A stretch of DNA of 59,804 nucleotides from an uncultured Candidatus Saccharibacteria bacterium (lineage in GTDB: Bacteria > Patescibacteriota > UBA1384 > UBA12157 > JAENIV01). Of this stretch, positions 37,651 through 45,640 are shown in pieces. Numbering within the stretch: position 1 is the stretch's first letter; each line of letters begins with the position of its first letter. The notes beneath the pieces are model-generated. The model was not told where the DNA came from, ran no database searches, and saw nothing but the letters and a program-made list of their open reading frames with translations. The DNA is taken from contig CAYZMA010000001.1 in the NCBI GenBank assembly GCA_964479405.1, positions 1-59,804 on the forward strand, read 5' to 3'. A program made the position numbers and the translations under genes.

Positions 37651-37677
37651 CCGCGATCGCGGAAAAGTGGTAATAAA
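37651..37677 (+). promoter_or_regulatory. Copy 3 of the 26-nt CGCGATCGCG-containing motif
   Basis: CCGCGATCGCGGAAAAGTGGTAATAAA. Identical over 26 nt to copy 2 and 76 nt upstream of argS. Confidence 0.5.
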
Positions 37678-37752
37678 TTTTTATTTTAGCAATAAGGGAT
37701 GTATAATAAAAAAAGTCAGATAAAAATACCAAATAATTAAATTTTAAGCAAG

Positions 37753-39333
37753 ATGAATGAAATAAAAGAAATTATTCAAAAAGCGATAAGAGAGGCATAT
37801 CCAGATATTGAAATGCCGGATTTTGATATAGTAGAAGCGCCGGAGAAATTTGGTGATTTTTCTACCAATGTGGCGATGATTTTAGGAAAAAGGTTAGGGG
37901 AGAGTCCGGGGGAAATTGCTAATAAGATAGCTAAGATAGTTGAGCAAACTAAAGATAATCAGAAAGTTGAGAAAGTAGAAGTGGTTAAACCCGGTTTTAT
38001 TAATTTTAAAATGCAAATCCCCTACTGGACGGAAAAAATTTCAGAGATATTAGAAACTGACAATAAATATGGTCAAAATAATTTCGGGCAAAATCGTAAA
38101 GTAGATGTGGAGTTTATCTCGGCCAATCCCACTGGTCCTTTGACTGTTGGCAATGCCCGCGGGGGAGTTATTGGCGATTGTATTGCTTCTGTTTTGGAAA
38201 AAAGCGGTTGGCAAGTAACACGCGAGTACTATTTTAATGATGCCGGCGGGCAAATTGATATTTTAGGTCATTCAATTTTAGCTGACGACAAGGCAGAATA
38301 TAAAGGCGATTACATTGAAGAACTGCGCGGGCAAATTGAAACTAAAGATTACAAAGAAGCGGGGAAACTTGCCGCGAAGATTTTAATTGAAAAAATTAAA
38401 AAAACAGCCGAAGAAATGGGAATTAAATTTGATGTTTTCTTTGCTGAAGGAAAAGATCTTAGAGATAAAAATAAAGTGAAGGAAACAATTGAATGGTTAA
38501 AAAGTAAAGATTTAATTTACGAAAAAGACGGCGCGGTTTGGTTTTTGTCAACCAAGTTTGGCGATGATAAAGATAGAGTTTTAATCAAAACTTCTGGCGA
38601 GCCGACTTATTTTGGGGTTGATGCTAGCTATCACAGAAATAAATTTCAAGAGCGAAATTTTGATCGCGTTATTGACATTTGGGGCGCCGATCACCACGGC
38701 GATGTCAGCCGGATTAAAGGTTTTGTTAAAGCTTTGGGTTATGAAGATAAATTTGAAATCGTTTTACACCAATTTGTTCGAATTGTGGTTTCCGGTAAGG
38801 AAGTTCGAATGTCAAAAAGAACAGGCAATTTTATTGCCGTTGAAGACTTGCTTAAAGAAGTGGGCAAAGATGCCTATCGGTTTTTTATGCTGGCTTACGA
38901 TTTAAATAGTCACATGACTTTTGATTTGAATTTAGCCAAAGAACAATCGCAGAAAAATCCGGTCTATTATGTTCAATACGCCTACGCCAGAATCGCCTCA
39001 ATTCTTGCTAAAATCAAAAATCAAAATGCAAAAATAATATCAAATGATCAAATTACTAAATTACTAAAAGAACCAGAGGAAATTGCCTTAATCAAACAAC
39101 TAGCAAAACTTCCAAATTTAGTTGAAGAAATTGGACAAAGTTATCAAATTCAAAAATTGCCATTTTATGCCACAGAACTGGCTAACGCTTTTCATGGTTT
39201 TTACGAAAAATGCCCAGTTTTACAGGCAGAAGCAGAGGTAAAATTGGCTCGTTTGCAATTACTTAAAGCCACTCAAATAGTTCTCAAAAATACCTTAGAT
39301 ATAATGGGCATCTCTGCTCCTGAAAAAATGTAA
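37753..39333 (+). CDS. argS: Arginine--tRNA ligase
   Basis: SANPTGPLTVGNARG (HIGH region), RMSKRTG and a DALR anticodon-binding C-terminus. Confidence 0.92.
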   Translation: MNEIKEIIQKAIREAYPDIEMPDFDIVEAPEKFGDFSTNVAMILGKRLGESPGEIANKIAKIVEQTKDNQKVEKVEVVKPGFINFKMQIPYWTEKISEILETDNKYGQNNFGQNRKVDVEFISANPTGPLTVGNARGGVIGDCIASVLEKSGWQVTREYYFNDAGGQIDILGHSILADDKAEYKGDYIEELRGQIETKDYKEAGKLAAKILIEKIKKTAEEMGIKFDVFFAEGKDLRDKNKVKETIEWLKSKDLIYEKDGAVWFLSTKFGDDKDRVLIKTSGEPTYFGVDASYHRNKFQERNFDRVIDIWGADHHGDVSRIKGFVKALGYEDKFEIVLHQFVRIVVSGKEVRMSKRTGNFIAVEDLLKEVGKDAYRFFMLAYDLNSHMTFDLNLAKEQSQKNPVYYVQYAYARIASILAKIKNQNAKIISNDQITKLLKEPEEIALIKQLAKLPNLVEEIGQSYQIQKLPFYATELANAFHGFYEKCPVLQAEAEVKLARLQLLKATQIVLKNTLDIMGISAPEKM

Positions 39334-39372
39334 AGAAAACTCCGGTGTAACCCGGAGCTGATATTTATTAAA

Positions 39373-40668
39373 TTAAGATGGTGTAATGGCGCGCTGGCCG
39401 ATGTCGGAACGACATCGCATACCATTGAAGTGGATTTTGCCGACAGCTTTGTAAGCGTTGTCTATGGCAGTATGATAATCTTCTGCTACCGCTGTTATAC
39501 TAAGAACACGACCACCGGAAGTGACAAGGACGCCATCCTCTCTAAGCGCAGTGCCGGCGTGGAAGATATTAACTCCGGTTATTTTTTCGGCTTCAGCTAA
39601 ACCGTTAATGACTTTCTCTTTTTCGTATTTGCCCGGGTAGCCACCGGAGGCAAGAATAACACAGACGGAGCTTTTGTCTTGCCATTTAATTTTCATGTTA
39701 GTGAGAGAGCCATCGAGTGAAGCTTGAATAATATCTATCAGATCTGTCTCAAGCAGCGGAAGAGCTACTTGTGTTTCCGGATCACCAAAGCGACAATTGT
39801 ATTCTAGAACTTTTGGTCCATCATCGGTAAGCATAATTCCTGTATAAAGAACACCGGTGAATGGGCATCCTTCTATAAACATGGCGCGGAGAGTGGGCTC
39901 GATAATGGTATCCATTATTTGACCACATATTTCCGGTGTAATAATGGGAACTGGTGCGTAACCGCCCATACCACCGGTATTTGGACCCAGATCATTATCC
40001 CAAACCCGTTTGTAATCTTGGACCGGGATAAGCGGGACGATACTTCTACTGTCAGTGATGACGATAAACGAAGCTTCCGGTCCTTTTAATTCCTCCTCAA
40101 CAATGATTCTGTCCCCGGCTTTGGGGAAGGCGTGGTCAATCATGATGGTTTGAATGGCTTGCAATGCTTCCTCGAGGGTTTTGCAGATAAAAACGCCTTT
40201 ACCATAAGCTTCGCCGTCGGCTTTGATAACTAGATTAAACACGCGAGGGCCGGGGCTATAGATGATTTCGGCATACTCACGCGCCTCTACTGGATTATCA
40301 AAGACGCGAAAGAGAGCGTGTGGTATTTTGTATTTCCGAGTCAGAAGACGACCATATATTTTACTTCCCTCAATAGCGGCGGCTTTTCTACTAGGGCCGA
40401 AGGTTTGGATCCCAACGCTACGAAAAAAATCGGCTAAACCGTCGATCAGTGGTGCTTCAGGTCCTATAATCGCCAGATCAATGTTATAATCTTTAGCGAA
40501 GGCGGTTACCTCATAGCGATTAAATATTTCAATATCTACGCACTCTGCCACTTGAGCCATGCCCGGGTTTCCCGGGAAGCAGAAGATGTCAGTTACCAAG
40601 GGGCTTTGAGAAATTTTCCATGCCAGAGCATGTTCTCGGCCACCTTCTCCTACAATTAAGACACGCAT
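39373..40668 (-). CDS. purD: Phosphoribosylamine--glycine ligase
   Basis: MRVLIVGEGGREHALAWK, an ATP-grasp core and YNCRFGDPETQ. Noticeably higher G+C than its neighbours. Confidence 0.9.
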   Translation of the reverse strand: MRVLIVGEGGREHALAWKISQSPLVTDIFCFPGNPGMAQVAECVDIEIFNRYEVTAFAKDYNIDLAIIGPEAPLIDGLADFFRSVGIQTFGPSRKAAAIEGSKIYGRLLTRKYKIPHALFRVFDNPVEAREYAEIIYSPGPRVFNLVIKADGEAYGKGVFICKTLEEALQAIQTIMIDHAFPKAGDRIIVEEELKGPEASFIVITDSRSIVPLIPVQDYKRVWDNDLGPNTGGMGGYAPVPIITPEICGQIMDTIIEPTLRAMFIEGCPFTGVLYTGIMLTDDGPKVLEYNCRFGDPETQVALPLLETDLIDIIQASLDGSLTNMKIKWQDKSSVCVILASGGYPGKYEKEKVINGLAEAEKITGVNIFHAGTALREDGVLVTSGGRVLSITAVAEDYHTAIDNAYKAVGKIHFNGMRCRSDIGQRAITPS

Positions 40669-40707
40669 TTACCCGTTACCTCCTTTAAAGATTTGTGTCC
40701 ATTTGCA

Positions 40708-40735
40708 TTATACATTTTTTATATCTGATGTCAAG
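40708..40735 (-). promoter_or_regulatory. Near-consensus sigma70 promoter for purD
   Basis: On the minus strand: TTGACA, 16 nt, TG-TATAAT, followed by AAAGGAGG and ATG. Confidence 0.6.
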
Positions 40736-40756
40736 ATAGCCCAACCGAGTGTCCAC

Positions 40757-41416
40757 CTACGAGGTGGACATTTTGGTTAACCCATAAAAAATCAAACTTA
40801 CCAATAAGCATTCAAATAGTATAAAGATAACAATGTTTAAGATGGGTGATAATCCAATAAAAATAAAATTTAGATACGAAAAATTTATTGAAGTAAAAGA
40901 AATTAATAGATAAAAAAGAACTGATAAAAATATAATGGGAATAGTAATATTGAGCAAATCTTGGCGACTCGGTGTCATAGTAACGGCAATTGAAAGCAGG
41001 AGATAGACAACCAAAAGATTTTGCCAATGACTAAAGTTAACAACAGAAAAAATCATTTTAAAATTAGAAACGATCGCCGTTAAATTTAAAGAACTTTCCA
41101 GCTTAATGTACTGTGCTAAAAAATAAAAAATCAAAATACTTACAACCAGTGGGGCAATGGAAATAAAAATTGGTCCAAAAATGGGAATAATTGGTTTTTG
41201 ATGATGAACCGAACCGCCTTCTTTATCAAAAAACGAAATTTTCACAATTTTAGCGCCACAAATTAAACAGGCAAAAGCATGGGAAAGTTCGTGAATAATC
41301 ACTCCGGGGGCGACAAAAAAACGCCATTTATAACCAAAAAAAGAGCGAACTAAAAAATAGTTTATCAAATATGCCAAAACTAGAAGTATTAAGGTTAATA
41401 TTAAAAAATTAATCAT
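40757..41416 (-). CDS. Polytopic membrane protein with an HExxH motif (M50B/site-2-protease-like)
   Basis: GVIIHELSHAFACLICGAKI within a TM segment; about six hydrophobic helices. Confidence 0.5.
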   Translation of the reverse strand: MINFLILTLILLVLAYLINYFLVRSFFGYKWRFFVAPGVIIHELSHAFACLICGAKIVKISFFDKEGGSVHHQKPIIPIFGPIFISIAPLVVSILIFYFLAQYIKLESSLNLTAIVSNFKMIFSVVNFSHWQNLLVVYLLLSIAVTMTPSRQDLLNITIPIIFLSVLFYLLISFTSINFSYLNFIFIGLSPILNIVIFILFECLLVSLIFYGLTKMSTS

Positions 41417-41428
41417 TGTTTTAGAACT

Positions 41429-43663
41429 CTAAATGGTTATCTCATAGACATTATTGTTATTTAGGACCCAAATCTTTTTGGATTTAACCGAAACAATAAA
41501 ATCGGTAATTTTGTCAAAATTATCCGGCAGGGCATATTGTCTAATGAATACCCCATCTTTATCCAATTCTAAAATTCTCTTTTGACCGGTGTCTAAAATA
41601 TACAAGGAAGGAGTATCGGAATCAGTGTAAATTTTTCGAGGTTCAGTGATTTTATCCCAAGGCGTCGGAATATTTTTTAAAGAAAAATCTTGTAATTTTG
41701 ATCGTTGAAATTTTGAAACCGTGCCGTCGCCTTTAAGGACATAAACCGAACCATCAATTGTCAAAGAAAGAGATTGTTTTAAACCATTTGTGCTGGCGAT
41801 ATATTCTTCGCCTTTTTGAAAAATATCCTTACTAGAGGAATGCCGATAAATTTGACCAGAAACACCGTCTAAAAGGTAAAGACTGCCGACATAGTTGGAG
41901 ATAGCATTAGCTGTTTCCCATCTGCCATCATCGGCAATTTGAGTTTGAGTTAATTTATCTGTGCGGGGGTCAAATTCAAAGACATTTTGATTGCTGGTGT
42001 AAAAATACAAAATTGTGCCAAAATTTGTGCCAGAAACAAAATTACCCTTATTTTTTGGCAATGTTGCCACCTTCTGTGGTTTGCCACCCAAGAGGCTCGC
42101 TTTGTAAATATCGGTATCTGTTGTCAAGTAGGCTTCACCTGAAGAAATATATAAATTTTTAATATTATCCGAAACTGTAATAATTGGTTCTAGCGCACTA
42201 AATCTGGTGGTGGAGGTTAACTTATCAAGTTCCTGATATGAAATTACAATGACTGCTTGCGAATCTTTACTGACAAGAGAATTAGTTTTAATAGTCTCGG
42301 CTTTACTGATAGCGTTAATAAAATTTTGCTTGGCTTTTTCGGAATCGCCCAGACTTAAAGCATTTTTGCCATCTTTTTGGGCAGCAATGGCTTGGTCAAG
42401 AATTTTTTGACTATCTAAATTACCAAGACTGCTTTTACCTTTTCCCTTAAAACCAATCACTAGACCAATAATAATAATTAAAATGGCGGCTACAATAATA
42501 TAGAAAAATTTTCGTTTATCTTTGTTGGTGTAAAGTCCTAAAAACCAAGTGAAGGAATTTTTTAAAAAACTAAAAATGGATTTAAAAATAGTAATAAACT
42601 TTTTTCCGGATTTGTTTTCTTTGAGGGCTTTCTTTTCCTGATAATAATGGACATATAGTTCAGGCGAATAGTTAATTTCTTCATCTTTAAGAAGATGATC
42701 ATCACGAGAATCTTTACTCATAAATTCTTTTTGAAAATTGTCGGTAGTCGGTTTTTCTTCTGAATTTTCAGCAGGTAAAGTAGTTATTTTTTTTGGCTTT
42801 TTGACTTTATTTTTAAGCTTGCTAATTGATTTTACGGATTTTAATGCATTTGAGCTAATAGTTGCAATAATTTTTCCCAGTGGTGTCAGAATAGTTTGCC
42901 AAAATGATTTTATTTTTGTAAGAACAGACTCACTGGATTTATCAAGATAAAAAACATTTTCAAGACTCTCTTTTAGTGGTTTATCGGCTAAACTTTCTTT
43001 TGATAAGAGGTTAATAATAAAGAAATTAACATTTTTAACTTTAGCTTTCCGAAGCAATTTAGCAATTTGCGAAGCTGCCTCCGGCGGATCATTTAAAGTA
43101 ATAATTTGACGCAAAGATTCAAGGGAAATGTTTTCAAAAAGACTTTTATTGGTAATCAGAACCTTATCTTTTGTCTTTAAAGTGCCGGAGATGACATCGG
43201 AAAAAGTTTTTAAAGGGTGGACTTCAACCTTGTCTGTCATTCCTTCGGTTAGGTGATTTATTTTTCCGTCGCGAAAAAGATAAGCCTCGGTTTTGCCAGC
43301 GGTGGATAAAATTAAACTATCGCCAACAATGGTGGCTAAAATACCCGAAAGATTGCCAATCCATTCAGTTTCGCCATTTTGAGTGATTTGAGCTAAGTTT
43401 TCGTTAATTTTTTTTAAAGCCAGTTCAAAATTTTGAAGATCGGAAGTACTGCCACCGTCATAGTAAGTATTAGAGAAATTATTAATAATCATTTGACCAA
43501 TCTGAGCCGAGTTGTACCAAGGAGAAAGAATTTCTACCAATGAAAAAGTCTCACCCATAGGGGATTTAGTTAAATCGGGCGATTTGCTGTGTTGCGAACT
43601 TAAAAATCGGTCAGCGAGCTTTCCTGAACAAGTAACTTTGCTAAATTGAATTTCATAATTCAT
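41429..43663 (-). CDS. Hypothetical 744-aa protein: PP2C/SpoIIE-like N-domain, one TM helix, beta-propeller-like C-terminal region
   Basis: ILATIVGDSLILSTAGKTEAYLFRDGKINHLTEG resembles the PPM core. TM helix FFYIIVAAILIIIIGLVIGF. C-terminal Y/G/D-rich beta repeats. Confidence 0.55.
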   Translation of the reverse strand: MNYEIQFSKVTCSGKLADRFLSSQHSKSPDLTKSPMGETFSLVEILSPWYNSAQIGQMIINNFSNTYYDGGSTSDLQNFELALKKINENLAQITQNGETEWIGNLSGILATIVGDSLILSTAGKTEAYLFRDGKINHLTEGMTDKVEVHPLKTFSDVISGTLKTKDKVLITNKSLFENISLESLRQIITLNDPPEAASQIAKLLRKAKVKNVNFFIINLLSKESLADKPLKESLENVFYLDKSSESVLTKIKSFWQTILTPLGKIIATISSNALKSVKSISKLKNKVKKPKKITTLPAENSEEKPTTDNFQKEFMSKDSRDDHLLKDEEINYSPELYVHYYQEKKALKENKSGKKFITIFKSIFSFLKNSFTWFLGLYTNKDKRKFFYIIVAAILIIIIGLVIGFKGKGKSSLGNLDSQKILDQAIAAQKDGKNALSLGDSEKAKQNFINAISKAETIKTNSLVSKDSQAVIVISYQELDKLTSTTRFSALEPIITVSDNIKNLYISSGEAYLTTDTDIYKASLLGGKPQKVATLPKNKGNFVSGTNFGTILYFYTSNQNVFEFDPRTDKLTQTQIADDGRWETANAISNYVGSLYLLDGVSGQIYRHSSSKDIFQKGEEYIASTNGLKQSLSLTIDGSVYVLKGDGTVSKFQRSKLQDFSLKNIPTPWDKITEPRKIYTDSDTPSLYILDTGQKRILELDKDGVFIRQYALPDNFDKITDFIVSVKSKKIWVLNNNNVYEITI

Positions 43664-43730
43664 AATTTTAAAATTGAGCTTTAATTTATTGTAACAAAGT
43701 TAAAGTTTAAACTCCAGTGCCAGAAAAAGC

Positions 43731-43759
43731 TTGATTTTATAATGGTTAACTGGTAAAAT
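43731..43759 (+). promoter_or_regulatory. Promoter of the RNase P RNA candidate
   Basis: TTGATT (43731-36), 17 nt, TAAAAT (43754-59) preceded by TGG (extended -10). Confidence 0.55.
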
Positions 43760-43765
43760 ACATCT

Positions 43766-44126
43766 TGACTCTAAAAAGTCATTATCTTACGGCTATGAGA
43801 GAGGGGTGAGAGAGATAGCAGAGATAGTATTTTTAGTTAAACCTGCGGGAATGGAATTTTTGCAGATAATCGGTATGATGCTCAAGAGGACTTGTGAACG
43901 GAACGATAAGAGGGCTCTTTGCTGAAGGCGATATGGTTGAACTTGCTGTTCTGAAGTTGGTCGTCGACAACGGTGGGCATGGAACATCAAGACTAAAGGA
44001 TTCCAAGCGTGAAGTAAGAATCATAAAAGGGGCATTGGATAGATGGAGATCATCGGGCGACGCAGATGAACTATGGAGGTCTGGTCCACCATTGACACTA
44101 ATCGAACCTGTAGGTTGATAACACAT
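43766..44126 (+). ncRNA. rnpB: RNase P RNA (bacterial type A-like, divergent); ends approximate
   Basis: No convincing ORF and locally high G+C. Ordered matches to conserved M1 RNA blocks: GUGAACGG..GAUAAGAG (E. coli GUGAAAGG..GGUAAGAG), CAAGACUAAAGG (CAAGGCCAAAUAGG), AGAUGAA..UCCAC..GAACC. AACCUGCGGG (43849-58) can pair with CCUGUAGGUU (44107-16) as a P4-like helix. Confidence 0.6.
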
Positions 44127-44164
44127 GGGTTTGTGACTTATATATGGTCGCAAACCCCTTTTTT
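44127..44164 (+). terminator. Intrinsic terminator after the rnpB candidate
   Basis: GGGTTTGTGAC / GTCGCAAACCC stem (one G-U pair), 9-nt loop, then CTTTTTT. Confidence 0.75.
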
Positions 44165-44201
44165 ATTCAAAATATTTTAATAAAGGATATATTCCACCAA
44201 A

Positions 44202-44228
44202 TTAGGGGACGGTTCTCTTTTAACCTGA
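44202..44228 (+). repeat. REP-like repeat, copy 1
   Basis: TTAGGGGACGGTTCTCTTTTAACCTGA. The last 26 nt recur at 45517-45542. The 20-nt core occurs inverted at 44928-44947 with one end mismatch (19 of 20). Confidence 0.8.
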
Positions 44229-44242
44229 CGATTTGCTATTAT

Positions 44243-44881
44243 CTATTTATTGCTTAAGTTGTAACGAGTTTTTCTTGCTTCATGATATCTTTGATAATTT
44301 GATCCCCAGATAGGTTTTAGATAATTTTTAACCACTATTTCATCTATTATCATTTTTTGGTAATTCTGTTGACGAGTTAAGTCATTAAAACCGAATTCAT
44401 TGTAAAAAATATCCTCAGTGATTAAACTGTTTTTCTTTCCTTCGGTGTAATATTTGTAGCTTGAATAACTATACTCTTGAGGTTCACTGATAATATTTGC
44501 TCTAACGGGATTCAACTCTATATATTTACCGCATTGGATAAAATATGCGTCTTTGCCAACCGGCTGACTCTTGAATCTGCCTTGCCAAAAATGACCAACC
44601 CAATCATATTGCTGACGATAATGATGGAAGTAGGCTAGCTCTAACTTTTTCATAAATGTTGAGAAATCACTGGCTTTAAAGGTTTTTAAAAGCATGTGAA
44701 TATGGTTGGGCATTAGGCAGTAGTGGTACAGGTCAAAAGGGTGTTCTGTCTTATATCTTCCGATGAGTTCTAAAAAATAGAGATAATCGTTGTTTGACTT
44801 AAAAACCGAGTGGCGATTGTTGCCACGGATCATAACATGGTAATAGCTTTGTGATAAAAGTAGTCGTGGAGGTCTTGGCAT
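44243..44881 (-). CDS. REP-associated tyrosine transposase-like (HUH/Y1, IS200 superfamily) protein
   Basis: HUH motif in LMPNHIHMLL, YIELNPVRANII Tyr motif, and N-terminal YYHVMIRGNNR. Confidence 0.75.
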   Translation of the reverse strand: MPRPPRLLLSQSYYHVMIRGNNRHSVFKSNNDYLYFLELIGRYKTEHPFDLYHYCLMPNHIHMLLKTFKASDFSTFMKKLELAYFHHYRQQYDWVGHFWQGRFKSQPVGKDAYFIQCGKYIELNPVRANIISEPQEYSYSSYKYYTEGKKNSLITEDIFYNEFGFNDLTRQQNYQKMIIDEIVVKNYLKPIWGSNYQRYHEARKTRYNLSNK

Positions 44882-44927
44882 ACTTAAATTATATTATGCC
44901 AAAAATATTTTAGCAAATTTACTGGGC

Positions 44928-44947
44928 AAAAGAGAACCGTCCCCTAG
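44928..44947 (-). repeat. REP-like repeat, copy 2 (inverted core)
   Basis: AAAAGAGAACCGTCCCCTAG is the reverse complement of the core of copies 1 and 3. It is followed by TAGGTTC-type short tandem repeats at 44945-44975. Confidence 0.75.
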
Positions 44948-44980
44948 GTTCTAGGTTCCCTAGGTTCGTAGGTCTTCTTT

Positions 44981-45484
44981 TTATTTAAGTATCTGATTAT
45001 AAAATTCGTATTTTTGGCACTGGTATTCGCGATACGAGTCGTTTGCGACGGATTCTTTTAAGAGTTCGTACTTCTTTAAAAGATTTGGATTACTACTTAA
45101 TATTTTATGAACTCTTATTTGTCTGGCGGTACTTTCTTCTATTGGGTCGGCAAGATAAATTTCTATATCATGGCTATCTTCTTCAAAATGCCATTGTGTC
45201 AAACTAATTCCCGAGATAGGTTTGCCTAATTCTTTTATTAAACTTAACCTGTATTTAGAAAAACTGTTTCTCGGGCACAAAATAAATAAATCAATATCTC
45301 CTTGACCGGAAATTCCAAGGGCCGAAGCTCCAATATGGATTACTTCCAGATTCGGTTCGGCATTATTAATTTTTTTGACATATTTCTCTGTAATATTTGG
45401 AGTTTTTGGATCGTAGGGCTCAAGAATCACTTTTTTATCCGCTGGAATTTGTGCTAAATATTTTTCTTCATCTTCTGTAAGCAT
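44981..45484 (-). CDS. Nucleotidyltransferase-fold protein (GrpB-like, tentative)
   Basis: IHIGASALGISGQGDIDLFI resembles the GrpB / minimal NTase G[SA]..G......D.D motif. Confidence 0.4.
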   Translation of the reverse strand: MLTEDEEKYLAQIPADKKVILEPYDPKTPNITEKYVKKINNAEPNLEVIHIGASALGISGQGDIDLFILCPRNSFSKYRLSLIKELGKPISGISLTQWHFEEDSHDIEIYLADPIEESTARQIRVHKILSSNPNLLKKYELLKESVANDSYREYQCQKYEFYNQILK

Positions 45485-45515
45485 TGTTTACTCCTAAAAC
45501 TAACTAGAACACTAA

Positions 45516-45542
45516 CTAGGGGACGGTTCTCTTTTAACCTGA
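45516..45542 (+). repeat. REP-like repeat, copy 3
   Basis: CTAGGGGACGGTTCTCTTTTAACCTGA, 18 nt from the 3' end of tRNA-Pro. Confidence 0.8.
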
Positions 45543-45560
45543 TGTTTGATATTTTTAATT

Positions 45561-45636
45561 TGGTCGGGGCGACCTGACTCGGACAGGCGATCTCCAGACC
45601 CCCAGCCTGGCGCTTTACCAACTAAGCTACACCCCG
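45561..45636 (-). tRNA. tRNA-Pro (anticodon GGG), CCA encoded
   Basis: Hand-folded cloverleaf: acceptor CGGGGTG/CGCCCCG, D-arm GCTT-AGTTGGTA-AAGC, anticodon arm CCAGG-CTGGGGG-TCTGG, T-arm GCCTG-TCCGAGT-CAGGT. Confidence 0.85.
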
Positions 45637-45640
45637 AAGA

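Noticed and set aside
40752-40778. Hairpin TGTCCACC-TACGA-GGTGGACA spanning the stop codon of the HExxH membrane gene, considered as a terminator upstream of purD.
   Set aside because: On the transcribed (minus) strand it lacks a following U-run, and the purD promoter lies just downstream. It may be incidental or a weak attenuator.
43793-44153. ORF-track entries 43793..43990 (-), 43833..44153 (-) and 43894..44118 (+).
   Set aside because: They overlap one another inside the RNase P RNA candidate. They have odd composition (Ser/Pro/His-rich), no SD sites and no recognisable family, so they are treated as spurious.
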